DNA of 64,000 bases from Dictyostelium discoideum (taxonomy: Eukaryota), in assembly GCA_000004695.1 (NCBI GenBank), contig CM000152.2, positions 1,120,001 to 1,184,000 on the forward strand, in the 5' to 3' direction. Position numbers and translations under genes: made by a program. The stretch's first letter is position 1, and every line of letters begins with the position of its first letter. The notes under the pieces were generated by a model. The model did not search any database. It saw only the letters and a program-made list of their open reading frames with translations, and had not been told where the DNA came from. Below, piece after piece: positions 56,056 through 64,000 of this stretch.

Positions 56056-56378
56056 CAAAATAAAAAAAAAAAAAATAAAAAAAAAAAAAAATAAAAAACA
56101 TTAAAACATTTTTTTTTTTTTAAGATTTTTTCATTGAAAACTAAAAATAAAATTCAATCGTTTTTTCCAACTGTTTCGAACAGTATTTTATTACACAAAA
56201 ACTCGGAAACTTTTCATTTTTATAATTTTATTTTAAAATTTCTCTTTTTTCTGAGCAAAAAAAACTCTTTGTAATTTTTCAAACAATTTTTTTTTTTTTT
56301 TTTTTTTTTTTTCCCATTCAATATAAATTATCAATTCTTTAATTAAATAACTTATCAAATAAAAGTTCAAATTAAAAA

Positions 56379-56523
56379 ATGAGATTATTATTTTTTATAT
56401 TGATTAGTTTGTGTTTAATTTCTTCAAGTAAAGCAATTGATTATGCTTTTTTCTATCCACCACTTGGGGAAACTGGTGGCCTTGGTATGGGTTACATAGT
56501 TGGTATTGGAGAGGTAGGTTTTT

Positions 56524-56556
<33 letters not shown>

Positions 56557-57366
56557 AATAATTAAATTATTTATTAAATTTTTTTTATTATTATATTATT
56601 ATTTAATTAGGGATGTGTATCATATGACCACCAAGGATGGGCAGCAATTGCTAATTTGACTGATAATGGTATTATTCTTGAATTATATAATAATTATGAT
56701 TGTAAGGGTAATGTTGCTTTTACATCAAATTTTGAATCAAATTCAAATTCAATTTTTACAATTCCATTCAATAAATATGATCATAATAATCGTTTTGTTG
56801 TTGGAGTTGGTCAACCACCATTTAATGTTGGAAAAATTATGGTTATGCAATTCTATACCACAGAAAATCCAACATGTACTGGTGAAGCACCAATAATGAA
56901 AATGTTTATCAATGGTACTTATTTCAATTCAACTGAACCAACTGAAGAGGTTTATTGTGATCCAACTGATAATTCACCAATGACCTATACTTGTTTCAAT
57001 GGTGAATGTCAAAATACTCCATATCCAACCAACTGTAGTAACTATTTCTCAAATGAAATTTTCAGTAATTTCTTTTGTCGTACTATTTCACCAGTACCAT
57101 CCTCAAATTCTTCTCAACAATCAAGTTCAAATGAATCAAGTCGATCAAATTCTAATTTTTCAGGTTCAAGTCAATCAGGTTCAAGTCAATCAGGTTCAAG
57201 TCAATCAGGTTCAAGTCAATCAGGTTCAAGTCAATCAGGTTCAAGTCAATCAGGTTCAAGTCAATCCGGTTCAAGTCAATCCGGTTCAATGACTGGTGCC
57301 GTTACTGGTAGTGTTAGTGGAAGTGGAAGTGGCAGTGGAAGTGGTAGCCAATTTAAATTTAATTAA
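56379..57366 (+). CDS. Secreted Cys-rich protein with a C-terminal (GSSQS)n repeat, join(56379..56513,56611..57366), 296 aa, function unknown.
   Basis: Exon 1 MRLLFFILISLCLISSSKA is a signal peptide and ends ...GIGE/GTAGGT. The 97-nt intron ends TTAATTAG. Exon 2 is in frame with the 236-aa ORF. It has 10 or more Cys, many N-x-S/T sites and eight 15-bp tandem repeats encoding GSSQS. Confidence 0.7.
57163..57286 (+). repeat. Coding minisatellite: 8 tandem copies of the 15-bp unit ggttcaagtcaatca (GSSQS).
   Basis: Direct reading; the last two units carry a c-for-a substitution. Confidence 0.95.
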
Positions 57367-57435
57367 AATTTATTACTTTTTAAAAAATATAAAAATAAAA
57401 TTTAAATATGATTAATCTTTATTTATTTATTAATT

Positions 57436-58418
57436 TTATAAAAATATTATTATTATTAAAGTTGTAAAATATATTAAAATAATATTTTTTTTTAAAGAAA
57501 ATAAAAATATTGATGTTGATGAATTTGAAAAATGATGGTTTGATTTTGGGCCAAGTTTTAAAATTCTTTTTTCATATTGTGGATCATTTATTCCATCAAT
57601 TGTTGATGCATGAACAATGTAACCTCTTGATAAACTTGTAATATTTTCAAATGAATTCTTACAAACATATGCTGGGAAAGTTTCTCCATCATCATCATCA
57701 AGTAATGTATAGTTTGAATTATCATTAAAATCCAATAACTTACAATGTTTTATTTCGTACCCGAGTGAACTACATTTTAATAACCAACCATAAACACAAA
57801 CATCTCTTAATGTACCCAAATGGAATATTGGTTTATATTGGCATCTGGAAAAATTAAAATTAAAAAAAAAGAGTTAATTTTTATAATTATTTAAAATTAA
57901 ATAAAAAAATTTAATAAGAAACTTACAATGGTCTACGAATAATTATAATAAATTAAAATAAAAATAAAAATAATATTAATATTAGTTAATTTTAATTAAA
58001 AAAGTAAAGAAAAAAAAACATACGTGCTAAATTCAGACATTACACAAAATTTTGATTCATTGTAATCAAAATCACTATTTTTTATATATTCAATGGTTTT
58101 AAAATTATTACAAATTCCTTCTTTTAATTCAATGATATTTTTATTGATTATATTTTGGTTATAATTTAAAGTAAAATTACAGGAAATTGGAGATTTGGTT
58201 GGATCACAATTTAAAAAGGAATCAATTAACTCTGTATAAAATTGATTTTCACTAAAAGCTATAAAATCTACTTGTTCTCCAGTACAATTTGAATATTCCC
58301 ATTGTTTAACCATATACATATAATCGTTATTGTTATTATTTGGTATTTGATTAATACTATATGATATCTCTATAATTAATATTACTTTTAATATTATTAA
58401 TATTACAATATTTTTCAT
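57436..58418 (-). CDS. Small Cys-rich cell-surface protein with a signal peptide and a C-terminal GPI-anchor-like or TM tail, complement(join(57436..57844,58024..58418)), about 267 aa.
   Basis: Exon 1 MKNIVILIILKVILIIEISYS... ends ...FCVMSEFST at a GTATGT donor. The 179-nt intron ends TTTTTCCAG. Exon 2 (T)CQYKPIFHLGTLRDVCVYGWLLKCSSLGYEIKHCK... ends with S/N-rich sequence followed by IFLFSLKKNIILIYFTTLIIIIFL. Confidence 0.6.
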
Positions 58419-58606
58419 TTTATATAGTTTATAAAATTAAATTTGTTTAATTTTTTTTTTTTTTTTTTTTCTTGTTGCTTTTGTTTTTTTTATTTAATTT
58501 TATTTTTTATTTTTATTATCATTTTTTTTTTTTATTTTTTTTTTTGATGATCTCAAATTTCCAGATTTTAATAACTAATTTTTTTTATTTTTTTTATTTT
58601 TTTTTT

Positions 58607-58709
58607 TGAAAGAGTGGTAGTGGGTAAAAACTTGTTTGATTTATAAAAACTAGTTTTTTTTTTTGAAAGAGTGGTGGTGGTTAAAAACTTGTTTAATTTA
58701 TAAAAACTA
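58607..58709. repeat. Tandem direct duplication of a roughly 47-bp element (2 copies, about 90% identical, about 9 bp apart), roughly 190 to 290 bp upstream of the start of the 57436..58418 gene.
   Basis: Copy 1 at 58607..58653 is ttgaaagagtggtagtgggtaaaaacttgtttgatttataaaaacta. Copy 2 at 58663..58709 is ttgaaagagtggtggtggttaaaaacttgtttaatttataaaaacta. Confidence 0.9.
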
Positions 58710-59601
58710 TATATAGTTTTTAAGCACCAAAATTTTCAGTTATCAACAAAAAAAAATAAACAAATCTCAATATCTATTCTTAAGATTTGACCTTAACTGC
58801 CAACTTTTTTTTTTTTTATCAAAATAACTTTATTTATTGTTAAACTACAAAAACCCTATTGTAAAATCATGATATTTTTAAAAAAAAAAAAAATTTTAAT
58901 AAAGGACCATATCCATTTTTAAAAAATTTGGTGGCTCTAACAAAAGGAATCTAAAAAATTAAATCAGAGTAGAGAGAGAGAGAAATAATAGTTTATAAAA
59001 AACACTAAATTTAGAAATTATTTTAAAATTTAGAAAATTGGTCAATGTTTCATTAGGCCAAATATATAATTTTTTAAATAAATTCATATAAAATCGAGTA
59101 TATTATTATAAATTATCTTTAATTTTTTTTTTTGGTGATATACAATTTGTTTATAGTTGGGATTTAAAATAAAATGAAAAATAGTTTTTTTTTTTTTATT
59201 TTATTTTTTATTTTTATTTTTTTTATTTATTACAAATCAAATTAATGTTAGTCGGACAATTAAAAATAAAATTTTAATTTGATGAGGCAGTTGGGAAAGA
59301 AGCCATTGTTGCGATACCTATTTTCAGTTGGAATTTGGCAGTATTTAATTATAGAAACATTGTTTGGTCAATGTTTATATAATTAATAAATTTGGAATTA
59401 ATTTTAATGTATAAAAAAATGTTTAGTTAGTATTGTATTCCAATTAATTAATTTTATATAAATATATTAAAATTACTATACATACCACAACTTTTAAAGG
59501 GTTAAATTGTAAAAATAATTTGTAAAATTTTAAAATAAATCATAAGTTAGTGACTCTATCCTATTTTTTTTTTTTTTTTTTAAAGAAAAACTTGGAATTA
59601 C

Positions 59602-61013
59602 TTACTTGTTATTTCTATCTTTGCTCATAAAAATGTAACCATCCATACCCCATGAAGTACCCCATGAGTTTTTAACGATCCAGTAGTTACCAGATGAGGC
59701 CTCAACAGCACCTGAGCCTGAACCTGAACCTGAACCTGAACCTGAGCCAGAACCAGAACCTGATGCTGATGCTTGACCAGAAGCAGAGGTTTGACCTGAT
59801 TGTGAACCGGTGGATTGGCCTGATTGGCTACCTGATTGGGAACCTGATTGAGAACCAGAGGTTGATGAAGCAGCAGATGAAGTTTTACCTGATGATGATG
59901 ATGATGAAGCTTTGCCTGATGATGATGATGAAGCTTTACCTGATGATGATGAGGATGAAGTTTTACCACCAGTTGATGATGATGATGATGATTTACCAGA
60001 TGATGAACCAGATGATGAACTTGAACCTGAACCATAACCAACAACTAAAACACCATGATCAAGTTGGGTTGGAGAACATGCTGGTTCATAGTAGATACCT
60101 GATTCATATAATTGGAAGGATTCATTTGAAGCATCAATTGCAACAGAGACTGGAGCATTGTTTGATGCTGATTGTAATGAAGCTTCAGAACCAGAGGTAA
60201 CATTTTGGTATGAAACAATTTGAGCACCAATGTTTGATGTTTTGAATTTACATTCTTTACCATCTTCGGCAGTGTATGGATAACTACTTTCAGTATCAAT
60301 ACCTTTGTTATTGATGATATATTCAAAGGCAAGAGTCATTAAACCACCTTCACAACCATTGTTACCGTATGATTTTGAACAATCGATCAAGTTTTGTTCA
60401 GATAATGAAACTAAATCTTTTTTTGTTCCAGATGCAATAAAGTGAGCACCTTCAGTTGAACCAGTGGTTGAGAATGACCAGCAGCCACCACATTGACCTT
60501 GATTTTTAATTGGTGTGACAGCACCTTGAGCTCTCCAATCAACAGTTGGGGCTGGGGTGGAGAAGATTTTCTCTTCTTCAGTACCAATGAGGGCTGAACC
60601 ATCGAATGGGGTACCCAAGTAGGTAGTTCTATATTCTTGGTTGGTAATATCAGCGAAAACATTTAAACCCAAAACGGTTTCACCACCTTTTGAATTCCAT
60701 TGGTGTACATAATCCATATTGGATTTGAAGATTTGATAACGAGCATTAAATTCTTCAGAGGAATAAGTTCTAAAAAAAAAAAAAAAAAAAAAAAATTAAA
60801 AATTAAATCCTTAATTATTTGATTAATTTTACTATTTAATTATTTTTGATTATTTAATTTATTTGTTTTTTTTTTTTTTTTTTTTTTTTTTATATACCTT
60901 TGGTGAGCTTGCATCCAGTTGGTGAAAGCATTTCTGTATTGTAATTCAGAGAATTGTTGTTTAGCAGAAGCGTAGCTAACTAATAATAAACAAAGGAATG
61001 ATAAAACTCTCAT
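59602..61013 (-). CDS. Papain-family (C1A) cysteine proteinase precursor with a roughly 120-aa Ser/Gly-rich insertion, complement(join(59602..60769,60898..61013)), 427 aa.
   Basis: Exon 1 MRVLSFLCLLLVSYASAKQQFSELQYRNAFTNWMQAHQ ends at AG/GTATAT. The 128-nt intron ends T(n)TAG. Exon 2 begins (R)TYSSEEFNARYQIFKSNMDYV, the ERFNIN-like pro-region. It continues with the mature enzyme: QGQCGGCWSF (catalytic Cys), CEGGLM, LDHGVLVVGYG (catalytic His) and YWIVKNSWG (Asn-Ser-Trp). The SSSSGK/SGSQ/SGSG block lies between the His and the Asn-Trp motif. Confidence 0.85.
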
Positions 61014-61517
61014 TTTTAGTATATATATATTTAATTGATGGTAAAAAAAAAAAAAAACAAAATAAAAAACTAGATTTATATTTGAAAAAAAAAAAAAAAA
61101 ACAAAATAAAAAACTAAAAAACAAAAAAATTTAAAAAGAAAATTCAATTGAAAAAAATCAGAAAAAAAAATATCTTAAAACCCTCTAATCTATTTTTTTA
61201 ATTTTCAATTTTCCACTCAATAGTTTATTTGCAAATTAATTGATGGGTAATTAAGAATTAATTTGCAACAGGTTCGAAATTTTAATTTTAAAATTTAATT
61301 TTTTATTATTTTTTTTGGTTAGATATTATTTTTTTTATTTTATTTTTTTTATTTTTAAATGGGATATTTGAAATAAACAGAATTTTTAAAGAAAAGTTAT
61401 GTTAATATTTTCTTTTTAAAAATTTAATAAATATCAAAATTAAAAAGTGATAAAAGTTTAAAGAACATTTTATTTTTTTTAGTTCTTTAATCATTTTTCT
61501 TTTTTTCTCCATTCTTT

Positions 61518-61562
<45 letters not shown>

Positions 61563-61772
61563 GGAAATTCAACAACAGTGTGGATTTCAATTTCGCTCTT
61601 TTTTTTTTTCTCTATTTACCCACACTTTTTTTTTGGATTTAGAAACCTCGAAAAAATTATTATTATTTTTTTTTTTTTAAGTGTAAAGCTTCAATTAAAA
61701 AATATATTAAATATAATTAAAAAACTATATAAATTTCATTGATTTTTCAGGAAAATAAAAAAAAAAGAAACT

Positions 61773-61822
<50 letters not shown>

Positions 61823-62116
61823 AAATAATGTAAAAATAATTGAAAATAAAAAAAAATAAAATAAAAAAAAATATTTTTTCGAAAATTTTGAACGTTAGTC
61901 ATATGACACATAATTTTTTCGCTTGAAATATTTTTTTTTTTTTTTTTTTTTTTTGATTTTTGCCATACAACCAACAATTACAACAAAAGAGTTACTATTT
62001 ATTACTTTTTTTTTGAATATTAAAAAAAAAAAAAAAAAAAAGAAATTATATAAATAGACCAAAATTATTTATTAATATACTAGAGATTTTTAATTAAATC
62101 TTTAAAAAAAAAAAAA

Positions 62117-62204
62117 ACTAAAAAAAACAAAAAAAAAAAAACTAAAAAACTAAAAAACTAAAAAAACTAAAAAAACTAAAAAACTAAAAAACTAAAAAAC
62201 TAAA
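62117..62204 (+). repeat. (AACTAAAA)n-like tandem repeat of about 10 units, ending about 20 bp upstream of the DnaJ ATG.
   Basis: The sequence actaaaaaactaaaaaactaaaaaaactaaaaaaactaaaaaactaaaaaactaaaaaacta reads directly. Confidence 0.9.
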
Positions 62205-62226
62205 AAAAAAAAAAAAAAAAAATAAA

Positions 62227-63696
62227 ATGAACATCGAAATTGGAAATAAGTCTAAAGTTTTATTAACTAGATTATTATCTCAACATGTAAACAAACAACA
62301 TATATTACGATATAGTACCACCAATAAAAAACCAATACCATCTTATAAAAGCAAAACATTTTTGAATAATAATAATAATAACCACAACAATGAAAATAAT
62401 AAAAGATACTTTAGATCAACTTCACCAATACTTTCAGAGAAAAGAGATTTATATGAAGTTTTAGGAGTTTCAAGAGATGCTTCAAAACAAGATATTAAAA
62501 AAGCATTTTATGCTGTAAGTATTTAATAAATAATATATATTTCTTAATTGTTTATAAAAAATTGACAAATAGTAACAATAATATTAATTTATTTATTTTA
62601 GTTAGCAAAAAAATATCATCCAGATACAAATAGAGATGACCCAAATGCACATAAAACATTTGCAGAGATTAGTAATGCCTATGATGTATTATATGATGAT
62701 AAAAAGAGATCAGTTTATGATACAGCAGGACATCAAGGAGCAACACAAGAGAATATGGAACATGGTGGATTCCCAGGTGGTATGGGTGGTCAAAATGTTA
62801 ATCTTGAAGATTTATTTGGAGGTGGATTCGATTTGAATGATTTATTTGGTGGCGGTGGTGGTGGTGGTGGCGGTAAAAAGAGTTCAGTAGGTGCAGATAT
62901 GGAAGTTAATTTACATTTAGATTTTATGGAAGCAGTGAATGGTGCAGAGAAGGATATTTCATTCTATGGTGGTACAAAGTGTACACCATGTGATGGTAGC
63001 GGAGCAAAACCAGGCACAAAGCCACAAACTTGTAAACAATGTGGTGGTACAGGTTCTCAAACTCGTTCCAATGGTTTCTTCCATATGGCAACCAATTGTC
63101 GTGCATGTAAAGGTACAGGTAAGGTCATTAAAGAACCATGTTCAAGTTGCAAAGGTAAGGGTATCACTCAAGGCGAACGTACCGTTAACATCAAAGTACC
63201 AGCAGGTATTAACAATGGTACCACCATCAAATTGGCCGGTGAGGGTGAACCTTCAAAAACTGGTCGTCGTGGTAATCTCTTTGTTCATATCACAGTATCT
63301 GAACATGAATTATTTAGACGTCAAGGTAACGATATTCATTTGGATGTTCCAATAACAATTTCTCAAGCTATCCTTGGTGATACAGTTTCAATTCCAACTC
63401 TATCTGGTGAAGTCGAACTTAAAGTACCAAAAGGTACTCAACCAAATGAAAAACGTGTACTCAAAGGTAAAGGTGTACGTTTTGTAAATTCAACAGAATT
63501 TGGTTCACAATTTGTTCACTTTATCGTTTCAATACCTAAAAATATTAATCAAAAGCAACAAGAACTCATTAAAGAATTTGACCAAGAAGAAAAAAAAAAT
63601 AATGGTCCATTAGATAGTTTATCTCATCCAGTTTTATCTTTTTGGAATAAAGCAATGAAAAGATGGAGAGATTATTCAAATAAATTTAAGAAATAA
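62227..63696 (+). CDS. Mitochondrial type I DnaJ/Hsp40 (Mdj1/Tid1/DNAJA3-like), join(62227..62514,62602..63696), 460 aa.
   Basis: Exon 1 has a presequence-like N-terminus ([20 protein letters not shown]) and the start of the J domain, [23 protein letters not shown], ending at a GTAAGT donor. The 87-nt intron ends TTTTAG. Exon 2 reads [30 protein letters not shown] (the HPD motif), a G/F-rich region, four CxxCxGxG zinc-finger repeats ([32 protein letters not shown]) and the C-terminal substrate-binding domain. Confidence 0.85.
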
Positions 63697-64000
63697 AAAA
63701 AAAAAAAAATTAAAAAAAGATATATCTCATATATATATATAAAAAAAAAAAAAACAAATAAAAAAAAAAATAAGTAATAAAATTAATTTTTACAATTATT
63801 AAAAAAAAAAAAAATATATAATTTTTTTAAAATTTAATTATTTATTTAAATTGGAAAAGTAATATATCTATTCATTTTTTTATATTAAAAATATCAAATT
63901 ATTCTACATATAATTTTTTTTTTTTATAATTATTCTAAATTAAAAATTACAATGATAATTAAAATTTGAAATAAATAAATAATATTTTTTTTTATTTTAT

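Noticed and set aside
57845-58023. Possible micro-exon (...TATTCGTAGACCATT/GTAAGT) inside the intron of the 57436..58418 gene.
   Set aside because: An internal GTAAGT is present, but no upstream acceptor gives a consistent phase. The single-intron model is simpler.
59625-60332. Overlapping H/Q/V-rich ORFs at 59625..60044 (-), 59694..60200 (+) and 60045..60332 (-).
   Set aside because: They are other-frame or antisense readings of the Ser/Gly repeat region of the cysteine proteinase.

Overview
This window is AT-rich (roughly 75-80% A+T) nuclear DNA from a social amoeba, almost certainly Dictyostelium discoideum. The evidence is poly-Asn/Gln/Thr coding tracts, homopolymeric A/T intergenic DNA, and short AT-rich introns with GTAAGT/GTATGT donors and (T)nAG acceptors. 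It is a gene-dense chromosomal arm segment with about 21 protein-coding genes on both strands. No tRNA, rRNA, CRISPR array or intact transposon was recognisable. The six-frame ORF track fragments about half of the genes. From canonical splice signals and frame continuity I rebuilt multi-exon models for the following genes. (1) A ZNFX1-like gene with an N-terminal SAM domain, an SF1/UPF1-like helicase, NF-X1 zinc fingers and a C-terminal RZ finger, in 3 exons. (2) A VAP (MSP-domain, tail-anchored) gene in 4 exons. (3) A roughly 1660-aa signal-peptide transmembrane receptor-like TKL pseudokinase in 3 exons. (4) Mitochondrial aconitase in 3 exons, the first a presequence micro-exon. (5) Phenylalanine hydroxylase in 4 exons, 441 aa. 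(6) A class I PI3K in 2 exons, 1571 aa, possibly pikA. (7) UBE2C in 2 exons. (8) A BAR-RhoGAP protein in 2 exons. (9) A serine-rich-insert papain-family cysteine proteinase in 2 exons. (10) A mitochondrial DnaJ in 2 exons. (11) Two convergent small Cys-rich secreted or GPI-type proteins. (12) A single approximately 1350-aa gene made by joining a poly-Q/N ORF to a PHD-finger ORF across a 77-nt intron. Unspliced genes are DIS3L2-like exoribonuclease, an ankyrin-repeat protein, a tandem pair of RING-H2 tail-anchored paralogs, an F-box-like protein, CstF-50 and ELP4. There is one clearly degenerate USP/UBP-like pseudogene with an in-frame stop and a frameshift. Notable non-coding structure includes promoter-proximal micro- and minisatellites: (ATT)n, (AACTAAAA)n, and a 47-bp tandem duplication upstream of a surface-protein gene. 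All calls rest on sequence and motif recognition only. No database search was run.
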